A stretch of DNA of 64,000 bases from assembly GCF_009914755.1 (NCBI RefSeq), contig NC_060927.1; one strand, given 5' to 3'. The translations under genes were made by a program, and so were the position numbers. The notes under the pieces were generated by a model that was given only the letters and a program-made list of their open reading frames with translations, searched no databases and was not told the DNA's origin. This document shows, one piece after another, positions 1-18,290 of the stretch. The first letter of the stretch is position 1. Every line of letters begins with the position of its first letter. Source of the DNA: the human T2T-CHM13v2.0 reference genome, Homo sapiens.

Positions 1-1136
1 AGGGATGCGTGGTGTTTGCACCGTGCATCCTGCCATTATCCAACTCACAGGTATGTGTGTGCATCCTCTGGACTTTCTGGCTATGGTCTTTTCAGCCACC
101 TCAGAGATTGTGTCACCTTGACTTACCGAAAGGAGTGACCACCTGAGAATCAAAGGCCCCGGGGTTCCTGAAATCCACACCAGGAAGGGCACATACAGGT
201 GTCAAATCGCTTCTTGGGGTCTCTCCACAAGCACCTAAATGACTACGCTGTTAACTTGATCTATTTCTCTCATACTGGGCCAGAGAACCCTGCTTTATTT
301 TCCAGATACCTAGTGCTAATTCTCCTGTGTTTGTGACACTTTCCTAATTCCAAATCTGGGATATTTTTCTACTACTTGAGGCAGATTCCTTAGAGGCTTT
401 TAATCTGATAAAGAGTTCTCAAACCTGGGCAATCCAGGGTGTGAGTCTTAGTTTGAGAGAGGACAGACCTCCTTTAACCCAGCAAGTCAGAGATCTTTCG
501 TGGGTGGTGAGTTCTGTGCCCACAGAAGCCAGCATGGCTTGCTTAGCATTACAGTACCCCGGGCCTGCCATGGACAATTACTTCTGGTTTTGATCTTCAC
601 TAAAGACTTTTGCTTCATTTTCTGGTACACTGCCTTTCTGATCACATTACAGGTCTGCACCTGCGCGTCTGTGCGCATGTGCGTGTCCTTTGTAAATAAC
701 TGCCTGTTCTTTTCTTTCAGCTAGTCCTTGCCTACTCCCCTGCCCTGCCTTTTTTATTTTTTAAACTGGTTTCATTCTTTTAAATCAGATCTCCAATAAA
801 TAATCGAGTAACCTGGCCTGAGGTCCCTGCCTCCTGGAGGTGGGAGTATGCACACAATGCTTATTGGCAATTTCCACAGAAGGGCATTGAGCCGCTTGCA
901 ATGTGATTTATTTTTCCTCCAGAACAACTGATCGCAACTTCTGAGACATCTCTGATGTCCTTTGCAAACTCCAGCGTGCATGTTCCTGCATGTGCTCTAT
1001 TGACAAGGATTTGATGTGAACATCATTTCTTTCAACTTTAGTACATGTATCTGCAGAAGAATCTGTGTTCCTGTTGATTCACAGCGCTGACTTCTTCATT
1101 GGTTTCTATGACAGCTTTCTGAAACAACAGGCTGGG

Positions 1137-1212
1137 GTGTGTGTGTATACGTGTGTATGTGTGTGTGTAGAGTAGGAGAGAGAGAACGAGGGGGGAGAGA
1201 GAGAAAGAGAGA
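1137..1212. repeat. Imperfect (TG)n followed by GA-rich tract
   Basis: gtgtgtgtgtatacgtgtgtatgtgtgtgtg then gagagagagaacgagggggagagagagaaagagag. Confidence 0.8.
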
Positions 1213-1232
1213 AACAGGACACCATGGATTGA

Positions 1233-1704
<472 letters not shown>

Positions 1705-2927
1705 TAACCATCACATCCAGTTTCATCCACTTTAACACAGAACATTATATGTGATTCTAAATTAATTAAACTTAAGAAGTTTTACTGTTCTCTGTTATTA
1801 AATGTCAGCAGAATAGAATGATTTCTTTTTCTTCTTAAAGAAAGGAAAAGGGTAGTAATTAAAATGCTTTATTTTTCCTCTTGATTTTTTGGATGCCATA
1901 TATATGGTTTCAATGTCAAAATTTCAATCACCCTGTATGATCTCATCTTTTTTTTCATTTTGTATTAAACCAAGAGCATTTTCCCATAGTATTAAATATC
2001 CTTAGGGAATATATTTAACCATGTATAAGTTGATGGCATTTTTAGAGTTTTATTTTAATTTGGGGATACACAACCTAATTATATCCATTGGTCTATTGCT
2101 AGTGGTAGAATTACAGGATTTGAAGGGTAGATTTTGAAAGCTTTCAATAAATATGACTCAACTGCCTACCAGCCACGTATGAGTGCCCAGGTTAGTGCCC
2201 ATCCATCTGGCATTGAGCAATATCTTGGAAAAATACAACTTTGCTCATTTAATAGGTGAAAATGGCATCTTCATATTTTCAATTTGCATTTAAGTATCAC
2301 TAAGTTGAAGATTTGGAGATAATAGAATTTAGAAAAGGAAAAAGTTTACTTGCAAGAAATACAGGGACCTCAGAAGGAACTGCTCATCAGATAAAAAACA
2401 CAACAGGTCATTAACAGCAAACACTGCAAACTTACCAAGGTTACTGAATTTGTAGTTGGTGTGTTCATGACAGAAAACCGGCAATTTTCTTACGGGGTTA
2501 TCATTTCTACAAAGGCTGGGGTAGTCTTCAGACAGCAGTTTTGCAAAAGTCTGGGATAAAGTTGTTTGCATTAAGTAGTCAGCAACTTACAGGAAATGCT
2601 CAAGAGTTCATTTATTTGGGGGGCTAGAATTAGAGAGGGTTCAAAATGTTTGTTTTCCTCTAACCATGGGACTTAACGGAGGCAAGAGATCAGTTTTGCT
2701 TCCACGAGACTTTTCAGGTGTAGACAGGATTGTGTATTTCTGCTTGTATAACTGTATGTGTCTTTTGCCCTATTTAACTTTACTGGGTCGTACCTTTTGC
2801 TTATTGATTTTTATTTCCTATATATTAAAAAGCTATTACGATAAAATGTAAAAAAAATACTTTCAATGTCGTTTGCCTTTTGGTTTATGATATTTTTATC
2901 ATAACTAACACCTTTATCTTTATGTAG

Positions 2928-3304
<377 letters not shown>

Positions 3305-3337
3305 AGAAAGTCTTTTTCAGCTCTTTTTATATTGTTT

Positions 3338-4612
<1,275 letters not shown>

Positions 4613-4859
4613 AAGATATTTTCTCTTAATACTTTATAATTGCATTGTGTACTTTTCAGAACCATTCTGGCTATGAAAGCATCAGCAATTCCTATTCACA
4701 CTTCAAGTTTACCCATTGGTGGTGACAGGTTGGTGGTTGGGTGCCTGGTGAAAACTAAACCAAGGCTGAGTTAGAAATGAGGACAGACCTTGAGAGATGG
4801 AGTCAGGTGTGCTCGTCAGGCTCTTTTGATGACAAGGAACATGGATTTTCTTAGACTAC

Positions 4860-5150
4860 CTGTCCCACTTACTATCACTGCATAACAAACTACCCTAAAA
4901 CTTTGTTGATTAAGCAAAACCATTTTATTATATGTCACAACTACATGGACGCTGCATGATTTTTTTGACCTACCCTTGGAAGACACATAGTGTTACATCC
5001 ACTGCATTCTGTTGACTATAGTAATGTCAGCTCAGATTCAAGGGGAAAGGAATCATAGGTCCCCTCCTGATGGGGGAGTGGCAAGGTCACACTGAGGAGA
5101 GCATGTGGGATGGAGATAGTGTTGTAGCCATCTTTGAAAAATGGAATCTC
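4860..5150 (-). mobile_element. MLT1 (ERVL-MaLR) LTR fragment
   Basis: cactgcataacaaactaccctaaaac and gagtggcaaggtcacactg...gagcatgtgggatggagat...gccatctttgaaaa motifs typical of MLT1. Confidence 0.6.
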
Positions 5151-5521
5151 CTCCACTGCTAAGAAAAAGAGGATTTATTATAAAAATACAAAAGACTAGA
5201 ATTAGGAAAACCCTGGAATGGACCAGTTGCTCTGTCTCTGACCTCTGCATGTCTGCTTTGCACTCTCTCTACTCAGTTTCTCTTGGTCTTGTTTGATTTC
5301 CCTCAGCCTCTGCTCCTCCCCAGCACACTGGCCTTTGACCTGCTATGGCCTCTCCAGCCTTTGTCAAGCTTCCCCGAATGTGTTAGTTCAAATTCCAGAG
5401 AGAGGCTCTGACTGGCTCATCTCATATGTCTCACAACACTTGGTCCAATCAAATGGAGGGGCTGACACAGGCTGGGACTAAAGGGAATGAGGAGCTGGGC
5501 GGCTCTCAGATCACCCTGCAC

Positions 5522-5660
5522 TGATTCTCACACCTGGCTGCATATTCGGATCACCTGCGCAGCTTTAAAAACATACCCACGGCCTGGGTCCCACCCTCAG
5601 AGATTCTGATTCAATTGATCTGGGGTTAGAGGCTAAGTATGCATGTTGTTTTAGATGCAT
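5522..5660. mobile_element. MER5-type hAT-Charlie MITE
   Basis: ggctgcatatt..atcacctg..agctttaaaa...cccaccctcagagattctgattcaattgatctgggg. Confidence 0.7.
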
Positions 5661-5906
5661 GGTACCCACGCTTCTCCTGAAACCAGGGAACTTTGCTGCT
5701 GGCTGTGATACACAGTCAGCAGGTGTGGACAGCAAGCTAGCCCAAAGAGGATCATTTACCAGACAGGGAAAGAAAAACAGGCTTTTCTTGTTTTCCAGCG
5801 TGTGTTGTTGCTTTTGTTGTTTTTTTCACAAATCTCAAAGAATTTGTGAGCTCGAAGAGACCTTAGAGACAATCTAATACAACACATTCATTTCCAGGTA
5901 TGGAAT

Positions 5907-6020
5907 ATGGCGACCAATCCGTCCTGGTTTAGCTGGGACTGCCCCAACTTCAGCACTGGAAGTACTGCCACATCCCAGGGAAATCCTTCAGTCCCAGGCA
6001 AACCGAAAAGGCTGTACCTT
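5907..6020. mobile_element. MER81-like hAT-Blackjack MITE
   Basis: gaccaatccgtcctggtttagctgggactg...cagcactggaagt...tcagtcccaggcaaacc with internal inverted symmetry. Confidence 0.6.
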
Positions 6021-6024
6021 ATAT

Positions 6025-8705
6025 AGAAACTCCAACCCATTAGCAGTCACTCCTTGTCCTCCCTGCCCCCAGCTGCTGGCAACCATTTATCCACTTTCTG
6101 TCTGTATGGATTTGCATACTCTGGACAGTTCATATAAATGGAATCCCACAATATGTGGCCTTTTGTTTCTGCCTTATTTCACTTAGCATGTTTTTGAGGT
6201 TCATTCATGAAGTAGCAGGTGCACATACTTCATTTCTCTTTATGGCTAAATAACACTCCCTTATATGGCTTTACCACATTCGTCTGTTGATGGACATTTG
6301 GGTCATTTCCACTTTTGGGCTATTATGAATAATAGCTCCTGTGAACATCTGTATGCAGGTTTTTGTGTGGACATATGTCTTTAGTTTTCTTGGGTATACA
6401 CCTAAGAGTGGGATTGCTGGGTCATATGGTAACTCTATGTTTAACATTTTGAAGAACTGCCAGACTTTGTTAAATAAAGTGTCTGTATCATTTTATGTTT
6501 GTACCAGCACAAATATGAAGGTTCTAATTCCTCCATAGCCTCACTAGCACCTGTTATTATCTACCTTTTGATTCTAGCCATCCTAGTAGGTGTGAAGTAG
6601 TATCTCATTGTGGCTTTGATTTGCATTTCCCTGATGATTAACAATGTTGAACATCTTTTCATGTGCTTATTGGCCATTTGTGTATCTTTTTAGAGAAATG
6701 TGTATTCAGATCCTTTGCTCATTTAAAAACTGGGTTATTTATCTTCTTATTACTGAATTGTAAGAGTTCTTACATATTCTAGATATAAGCCCCTTGTCAG
6801 ATACATGATTTACAAATATTTTCTTCCATTCAGTGGTTTTCTTTTCATTTTCCGGAAGATGTCCTTGAAGCATAATAGTTTTTAATTTTGATGAAGTCCC
6901 ATTTATCTATTTTTTCTTTTGTTGCTTGTGCTGTTGGTGTTATAGCTAAGAAACCATTGCCTAATCCAAGATCATGAAGATTTAGGCCTATGCATTCTTT
7001 TAAGAGTTGTATAGTTTAGCTCTCACATTTATTTAGGCCTTTGCTCCATTTTGATGAAGTTTTGTATATGGCATGAAGCAGGAGTTCAATTTCGTTCTTT
7101 TGCATATGGCTAGCCAGTTGTTTCACCATCATTTTTGAAGAAACTTCCTTGTCCACTGAATGGTCTTGGCACCCTTTTAGCAAACAAGCTGAGCTTAGAT
7201 GTATAAATTTCTGTCAGGACTCTCACTTCAATTCCATTGACCTATACATCTATCCTTACACCAGTACCATACTGTCTGGACTACTATAGATTTGTAGTAA
7301 GTTGTCAAATAGAGGAGTGTGAGTCCTCCAACTTAATTCTTCCTTTTTAAGATGATTGTGGTTATTCTGGATACCTTGAATTCCATATGATTTTTTTTTT
7401 TTTAGTTTTTCTCATTACTGTTGGGTTTTATTTTTTAATTAATTAATTTTTAATTGACAAAGAAAAATAGTATATATTTATCATGTACAACATGTTTTGA
7501 AATACGTACATTACAAAATGGCTCAATTGAGCTAATTAACAAATCCATATGATTTTCAAGATCAGTTTGTCGATTGCTGCAAAAAAAATCCAGGTGAGAT
7601 TTTGATAAGGACTGCATTGAAACTATAGATCACTCTAGAGAGTATTCCCATCTGAACAATATTAAGTCTTTCAATCCATGGACATGGGATGTCTTTTCAT
7701 CTATTTAGGTCTTTATTGATTTCTTTCAGCAGTGTTTTGTAATTTGAGTGTACTAGTCTTATACTTCTTATGTTAAACTTATTCCCGAGTATGTTCCTCT
7801 TTTTGATACTATTATAAATGGAAATGGAATTTTTAGATTAATTTCATTTTCAGATTGTTTACTGCCAGCATATAGAAATATAATTGATTTTTGTATATTG
7901 ATTTTACATCCTTGCTGAACTTGTTTATTAGTTCTAGTAAGTTTTAGTGGATACTTCATAACTTTATAGATATAAGACCTATGTCTGCCAATAGGTAACA
8001 TATAGTTTATTTCTTCCTTTCAAATCTAGATGCCTTTTATTTTATTTTCTTTCCTAATTAATTTGTCAGTTAGTTGAATGTTGAGTAGAAGTGATGAGCA
8101 CAGACACTCTTATCTTATTCCTGATTTTAGGAAAAAAGTATTTGTCTTCCACCATTATATATGATATTACCTATCGGTTTTCTTTTTGTAGATGCCCTTT
8201 ATCAGGTTTAAGAAGTTCCCTTCTAGTCCTGGTTAGTGGAGTGTTTTTGTCATGAAAGTATGTTCAATTTTATCAAATGCTTTTCCTGTGTCTACTGAGA
8301 TGACCATGTGGCTTTTTTCCTTTTTTCCATTCATGTGGTATATTACATGATTTATTTTCAAATATTGCCAACCTTGTATTCCTGGGATAAGTCCCACTTG
8401 GTCAGGGTGTGTAACTCTTCTATTTCACTGGTATTTTGTTAAAGGTTTTTGACTACATTTATAAGGGACATTGATCTGGAGTTTTCTTTTATTGAGTTGT
8501 CTCTGGTATCAGGGATAATACTGGCATCATAGAATGAGTTGGGAAATGTTCCCTCCTCTTCTATTTTTTGAAAGAGTTTGTGAAAAAATTGGTATTCATT
8601 CTTTTTCAAATGTTTGATAGAATTCACCGAGTGAAGCCATCTGAGTCTGGGGCTTTCTTTGTGAGTAGTTATTTGTTTGCTAATTCAATCTCTTTACTTG
8701 CTGTA
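6025..8705 (-). mobile_element. L1M (L1MB-like) ~2.7-kb fragment
   Basis: Minus-strand L1 3' UTR and ORF2 remnants (KINIQKSIIFLY; [21 protein letters not shown]). Confidence 0.9.
7395..7543 (-). mobile_element. Short 5'-truncated L1 3'-end insertion nested in the L1M
   Basis: T-rich tail plus L1MA-type 3' end; TSD tccatatgatttt at 7382-7394 and 7544-7556. Confidence 0.7.
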
Positions 8706-9747
8706 ATTCTCTACATAGCATTCATCTTGAATGCTTACACAATACTGTGTCAGGTACAGTGCTAGTTCTTAAATTTCTTTTGGGAGGTTTGGACACTAAG
8801 AGGAGGGGAAGGGGCTAGATGCATTCATTCATGGGGGTATTCTTTCAAAACACTTATCGAGTACCCCTGGCTGTGTTCTGTGCTCAGCCCTGAAACTACT
8901 AAGACCAACAAGGCAGCCACAGGATGAAGGAGTGAACAAGCTGATTTCAGATCAGAGTCTGGGTGGCCACCTGCCGAGTGTGAGAGGAGACCCAGCAGTG
9001 CTCACTGGTGTTGGAGTCGTTCTTGGCTCCAAACAAACAGTGGTGCCTCAGAGTCCTCTGGCACTTTGTAGGTTATAAAGTGCTTTCACTTGTAAAATCT
9101 CATCACAGTTGATCCTTAGAGGCAATTCAGCAAAGTTCATTATCCCTCTTTGCAAAAGATGAGAAAACCAATGTTCAGAGGTCAGTATGAATTCAAACTT
9201 TTAGGAAATGCTTCTCCCTTACTAGCCCCATGTAAGGCCCTAGGAGATAAAGATATGACAAGGTTCTTGCCTTCAAGGAGCTGTCAGTCTGAGACAGAAA
9301 GAGACAGGAAGTCAGAGAGACATAACAATCTATGATGGTCATCTCACAGGGTGAAATGGAGGCAAAGAGGAGGGGGTTCAGCAATGGTTTCGCCATGAAT
9401 GTGACCCTTAAAATGTGGCTGGGAGCAACCTGGACATTACAGCAGGAAATAACAAAAGTCATTCAGAACTGGGATGACCATATGTCCTAGTTTCCCCAGG
9501 ATAATATGTTTGCTTCTGTTGTCACAGTTTGAGTATCAGTAGCACCCTTTTTTCCTCTCAAAATACATGTTTGATATATGCATGCTTTCAAAGTATTTCC
9601 CTAAAAAATTGTTGGAATTATGAAGGAAAAAAATAGTAACTTTGCAGTAGAGAAATCTGGCAGATGCTTAATCCAGTAATGAAGATTAATATCTTCACAG
9701 ATGGTACCAATGAACATCATGTGCCTCCTGTTAAGATTTGCTCAGAA

Positions 9748-11175
<1,428 letters not shown>

Positions 11176-12242
11176 TCACTAAGAAATATCAGACAAACCC
11201 CAACTGAGGGACATTCCACACAACAGTTGAGCCACAAAACATATCAAGGTCATGAGAGACAAGAAAGACCAAGGAACCATTCTAGATTAAAGGACACTAA
11301 AGAGAAACGACAACTAAATGCAACACATGGTACAAGATTATATCCTGAATGGAAAAAAAGTACATCAGCAGGCCGTGTGAAATCTGAAGACTGTAGATTA
11401 GATAACGGCACTGCTATCAATGTAGAATGTCCTTAGGTTTAGGAACTACACATAGAAGTATTTAGTGCTTTTTCAAAGTGCCACAGTTTGGATGATAAAT
11501 GGTGATGGTGTGGTCTCCCTTCCCAGAACCCAGTGAGAACCCAGCCCTCTCCACTCCCAGGCTGTGGACCTGTCACCATCAACCACCTCAGATGGCCACT
11601 CAACTCCTCACCACTGAGAGGGCATTCAGATGAGCCAGGGGCTGGTATGCCCTGGGACACACAGGACCCCTTGTCAGCACCATGCCAACCTGTCCACCCA
11701 CAAAGTGTCTCCGTTCCTCTGGCACCTTAATTCCCTAATAAGGTCTCAGCCAAGTGAAACCACCACTCAGCTTTTCCCAACAGTCAGAAGTAAGAGTCTC
11801 AAACAAAGGAAAAAAAACAGGAGAAAAGTTGGCCTTTTTGTGGTCATTTCCGCTTTCTTGTTGGGTGGGCCGAGGCCTCCTCAGACCTGATTCTCTGAAT
11901 GTGTCCTATGTGGTCTGTAGGCTAAATGGTTAGTAGAGAAACTGTGTTTTTCTTCCAACTACATCCTCTCACCTGACTTACAGGTCTCTTAAAATCAGGT
12001 AATCCTCTAGGACCAGAATATGAGATGCAGACATCTTGGGCAAGCTAATAATTTGGCATTCCCTTAAACTGATGTTCCTTAAATATTTGTTTATGGGGAG
12101 CAGAAAGAATTGGTTTTCTGTTCATACATAGACACAGTTGGATTCACTGAATATGCCTCTGCTGGCCGGAGCAAAGTCAGTGGACTTCAAATAAAGGGCA
12201 AAAAAATTTCCCCTGGATCTGAAGTCCTAATTCTTTCTCCAG

Positions 12243-12440
12243 CTTTTCTTTTCTTCTTTTTCTTTCTTTCTGTCTTTTTCTTTCTTTCTTTCTTTACTTT
12301 CTTTCTCTCTTTCTTCCTTTTTTTTTTTTAAAAGAGACAGAGTCTTGCTCTGTTGCCCAGGCTGATCTTGAACTCCTGGCATTAAGCCACCCTCCTACTT
12401 CAGCCTCCTGAGTAGCTGGGACTACAAATGCATGCCAGTT
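12243..12440 (-). mobile_element. FLAM/Alu monomer with long CT-rich tail
   Basis: (CTTT)-rich tract, then gagacagagtcttgctctgttgcccaggctgatcttgaactcctgg. Confidence 0.75.
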
Positions 12441-12611
12441 TTCTTTGGGATTTTCTGAACCAGACAAATATTTTTAATGTCAGTTACAGAATTATGTTCT
12501 TTTATGATTCAGTGTATCACTTACTATCATCTGTGCCTGGGCTGTGCCTCACTTTTATATGTATTTTATTTTATTTTATTGGATTTTCCCCCTTCATCTC
12601 TGTTCTGTTTC

Positions 12612-12892
12612 TTTTTTTCTTTTTCTATTTTTTTTAAGAAAGGGTCTCACTCTTGTCACTCAGGCTGGAGTGCAGTGATGCGATCCTGGCTCACTGCAAC
12701 CTCTGCCTCCTGGATTCCCAAGTACCTGGGATTACAGGTGCACACCACCATGCCTGGCTAATTTTTGTACTTTTAGTAGAGGCAAATTTTCACCATGTTG
12801 GTCACACTGGTCTTGAACTCCTGGCCTCAGGTGATCAGCCCACCTCAGCCTCCCAAAGTGCTGGGATTACAGGTGTGAGCCACCGCTCCTGG
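12612..12892 (-). mobile_element. Alu with internal deletion
   Basis: Alu consensus lacking about 20 nt in the right arm (cctcctggattcccaagtacctggg). Confidence 0.9.
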
Positions 12893-13044
12893 TCTCTGTT
12901 CTGCATTTCTGTTCCACCCTTCTCCCCATCAGCACTCATTATAATGTGTAGTATTTCCTTAGCTATGACCCTACCTTTGAAAAATACAGAGCACAACTTA
13001 GTATATGTATGCATTTTAAGTACATATAATTGGTAATCCAACTT

Positions 13045-13200
13045 TAGCTGCATCAGGATGATCCGGAGAAAACACAGATTCCTGGACCAGAGACTGATTC
13101 AGCAGGTCTGCATGGGGCCTGAGAGTTAACATTTGTAACAGGTTGCCTGGGGATTCTGAGGCTGTGGACAGTGCACCACACATCAAGCTGCACAATTCTA
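13045..13200. mobile_element. MER5A-type MITE
   Basis: gattcagcaggtctgcatggggcctgagag...tttgtaacagg...ggggattctgaggctg. Confidence 0.6.
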
Positions 13201-14470
13201 GATCTCCCTTGGTTATAAAATAAATAAAAAATAAAATAAAAATGATAGTAATAAAAATTATTATCATTCAACATCATGTTTTCAAAGTCTGTCTGTATTC
13301 TTTATGTACCTTAGTTCATTGCTTCCATCTGGTCTAAGTGTCTGTCTCTCTTCAACAGTGTACTTTTCTACTCCCTTAGTGAGGGACGCCTTAGGTTGCT
13401 TCCAACTCCTCTATCACATAGGATGCTGCAATGAATGTTGTTTTCCATGTGTCCTCATGTACCTAGGAATGAGATTCTCTGGGACATATATCCAGGAGAG
13501 GAGAATACTGGGCTGTCAGGTACATATTTGCACATCTAATTTCTCTAAGTATTTCCAGACTGCTTGTTCTCCAGGCCAACAACACCAAACCCACTCCCAC
13601 ACACCTTGGTGCATGGGGGTCCCTAAACTTCCTGGGAGACGTAAAGGAGTTTTCATTTTGATAATAAAATAAATCTGTCAGTCCCTGTAACAGCAAGATT
13701 ATAAACAATATTTGGTTTCAGAATTTTACCTCACCAGCACTGCATGCTGCAAAAATCCTGGGCAGCCAGGTCTGTGCTCATGAGGAATGCCCACACACAC
13801 AGAGGCACACACACCTCAGCCCCATGACACAGCCTGGCTCAGCACAGGCAGGAGCCATGTTTATTTTCCTGTCTTACTTACCCTCATAAATCAGAGGCCT
13901 ACTTGATATGGCTCCAACTTCTGCTCTGTGAAGCCTCTGGAAGCAGAACTTGCTCCAGGGTTGCGAGAAGACCATTACCTCCCTGCAGGCTGGACCAGAA
14001 GCTTTGTGGCAGTGGCCAGACAACCCATTGTCTGGGATTATCTGATTTCACTCCATAGGGTTGTTTTCCTGTTCTTACCTGATTCTCTCAACAATGAGCA
14101 TAAAAATAGAATCTTCCTGACTAGCCCAGAGTTTTAAAATTACCAACAAAAGGGTGCAGCAGATGTCTTTTTTGACCTCAGATCATTTTTTAAAGGCTAT
14201 CCTCTTTGGCACAACCAAAGGTGAACTGAACATTGCATTCAAATAACCCAGTTTTCCTTTCTAGAGGGGTAAGGGGAGGATTAGTGGGCATATGGTAATT
14301 TGTACAATCCTCCAAACAACAGGTAACTACAACCAGCCTGGTTACATTGAAATGCCAGGAACCCTTTGGAAAAAAGTGATCAATTGATTTGGAGAATAGT
14401 AAATGTGACTTTAGAAAAGCAGATTTTAAAAATTTCAGAGAAAAGGACATATTCATTCATTCAAGTATTT

Positions 14471-15100
<630 letters not shown>

Positions 15101-15227
15101 TTCATTCAAGTATTTTATTGAGACTTTTTGAACTAATGCGGTATTCCATAGGGTACTGTTTATTGCTCCATCCTTCCCATTTTGAAAAAAATCAACTATT
15201 AATTTAAAAGCAAAAACCTTAAAATTC

Positions 15228-16110
15228 ATGCTTATCAACTTTGCAGATGATCCCAAACTCAGAGAAATGGCAAATAAAAGAGATTGCATAATCAATATTT
15301 AAATGATATCAACAGATCAGAATCCTGAGGTGTAGCCAACAAGATAAAAGAGAAATGACAGCTGTATTTATGCATAAAATAAATACAGCTGCACAGGTAC
15401 GGGATGACAGGTGCCTGGCATTGTCCCAGTTTGTATGACACATGGTTTGTTGTGGAAATCAAATCAGATAATACAGTTTTAGGCAGCATGAGTAGGACAA
15501 AAGAGTGGTGGTCAGGAAAAATCAAAGCAGCACCTGACAATCTGCATGCCCAACTCCCCAACACCTGACACTCTCCATGCCCAGCTCCTTCGGGATATGA
15601 CACACTTCGTGAGGTAGGGATTACATCTGTCCTGTGACCTTCTAGATCCCTGGATGACAAGCAGTGCCTGCCCCCCACATAGGTGCTCAATGCCTGGTTG
15701 ATGAAAGAATGAAGAAATACCATATTCAGTACAGCACTCCCCTTTCAGAGAGAACATTTAAAATGAAGATCCATCTTGAGGAGGACAGTCAGAATGGTGT
15801 GGGGTTTCGATTCTGGGTACCACTAACTTAGGCAACAGAAAGTTTGGGCTGAACATGTGTAATGAACCTGGTAACATCTCAAAATATCCAGAGGGCGGTC
15901 ATGGGAAGAAGTAGAATTGTGCTTCTTGGTCCAGAGCCCAGAAATGCACTGCTGGATGAGAGACAGGCAGGATGGGCTTTAATGTAATACCCTTCTCACA
16001 GCGAGGACTGTCGGGCGGTGGAAGATGGACAGCCTCTCACAGCAGTGTGTTTTCTCCCACAGACATGTTCCAGCAGCACCTGATGACTTTGAGGGGATCC
16101 TGTTGAGTGA
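15228..16110 (+). mobile_element. L3/CR1 LINE fossil (RT to 3' end), fragmented
   Basis: 15228 translates MLINFADDPKLREMAN, resembling the CR1 RT motif LIKFADDTKLGG; CR1-like 3' sequence at about 15720-16110. Confidence 0.55.
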
Positions 16111-16157
16111 GGAATTTTATGTCCCCCAGAATTATGTTTGTTGGGTTTCCTCAATTA

Positions 16158-16570
<413 letters not shown>

Positions 16571-16586
16571 GGGATATTTAAGACAT

Positions 16587-16730
16587 TATTTTATTTTTAT
16601 TTATTTGTTTTTTGGAGATGGGATGTCACTTGTTGCCTCGTCTGGCCTTGAACTCCTAGGCTCAAGGGATTCCCCCCCCTTCAGCCTCCTGAGTAACTAG
16701 GACTACAGGCATGTGCCACTGTGCCTGGCT
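16587..16730 (-). mobile_element. FLAM/Alu monomer
   Basis: ggagatgggatgtcacttgttgcc...ttgaactcctaggctcaag...ctaggactacaggcatgtgccac. Confidence 0.8.
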
Positions 16731-17788
16731 TTTAAAACCTTATGTTAAATTCTACTTGTTGAAGCTTAAATCGGTAGTGAAAATAAAGGCTATCATTTTT
16801 TTAGCTGGATCCAGATTACAAAAGGTCTTGAATATTTGACCTCCCAAAATCCAAATTGTATTCAGATGGTCTCAAGCAGTTCTCATTTTTTAGGGCCAGT
16901 GCTGGCATTCAAAATCTGAAGGTATCCTTTGTTAATCAGCTAGATTCACCATTCTGCAATAGACATGCGCTTCAAAACATCATGTGGTACATGATAAAAA
17001 ACATACAATGATACCTGTCCATTTAAATAAACAATAATTTCAAACAAAATAAAACAAAATAATTCAAACAAAAATCTGAAGTGTTCAAAGAAATTGTTCT
17101 GAGAAACATATGTGGGTTGACTGCCACCATCAAGGATCATAAAACTTACAACTCTACACCTCTCAGAGCAGAAACTTCCAAGAAGAAATGGATCCCATTT
17201 ATTGCTAAACCTGCTGGGTTTGTTTCTTTAATCATAAAGCTCCACAACTTCCACCTAAACCTCTAGCTAGATTGGCAGAATTGGGTCTATAAAGTAATAC
17301 AAGTCCTCCCTTGGGATGGCAGGCTGGGAGCCCATTTATCCAAGCAGCCACATTCTTTGCCGCCCAGTGGAGGGGAGGGAAGAGAAGTCTTTACAAGCAA
17401 TGCCTCCAAGACAGCATGTCTTAAGGTCAGGGTCTCTTGCCTATGGTGAACAGCTATTAATGTGTCTGCTCAGGATAGCACCCCTCCCCTCTTCTGGCTC
17501 TACTCCTTACCCTCATCCTTATCCTCTTGTTTAGAGCCATCTGCTTTCAGATCTCACACCCTAAGCCACAGGGATTGGCAGAGGTAGGGCCCCAACCCCA
17601 AATAAACCAATAATATTATCCAATCTCATACCACAGCAATTGGAACAAAGATGCAACCCAAACTGGGCCAAAGGCAAGAAGGGCATCCCTCTCGGATGGC
17701 AGAGCAGAAGCTGGGAACCTGAGAATTATTGATGCCCGTGTCTTCCATGCCTGGCAGAAGCTAACTCAAGAGAATGAACATAATATCT

Positions 17789-18290
17789 GTGTGGCAGATT
17801 GTGCTTCCAAAAAATGGCCACAGTAATATCTCCCATCACACATGTTTTCCAGAACCTGGCCACTCCCGAACAAGAGGTGGAGCCTGTGGCTGTCCCCATC
17901 CCTTGAAAACACTGGGTGGGCCTTTGTGACTGCCTCCATCAGTAGAGAAGAGCAGAAGTGATACTATCTGACTTCTGAGCCCAGACCACAGAAGCAACCC
18001 AGCTTCCTGGCTCTCTTTGGGGATGGCTTGCCCTTGGAGCCTGGCTCTGCTGCTATGAGAAGCCACATGGAGAGACCCACCTAGAGAGACCCCTCCAGCC
18101 TCAGCCCTGGCTGATCGTCTAGTTGACAGCACCAACTTGAAAGCCTGAGTGCGCCATCTTAGAGGCAGATTTTCCCCAGTTGAGGCCTGCAGCTGACACC
18201 ACATGGAACAGAGACGAGCCTTTCCTTCCCCACCAAACCCTGTCCAAATTGCAGAGTCATGAGCATAATAATGTTGTGGGGCTGCAAACT
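17789..18290 (+). mobile_element. MLT1 (H/F-like) LTR
   Basis: tgtggcagattgtgcttccaaaaaatggccacagtaatatctcccatc...ccaaaccctgtccaaattgcagagtcatgagc. Confidence 0.75.
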
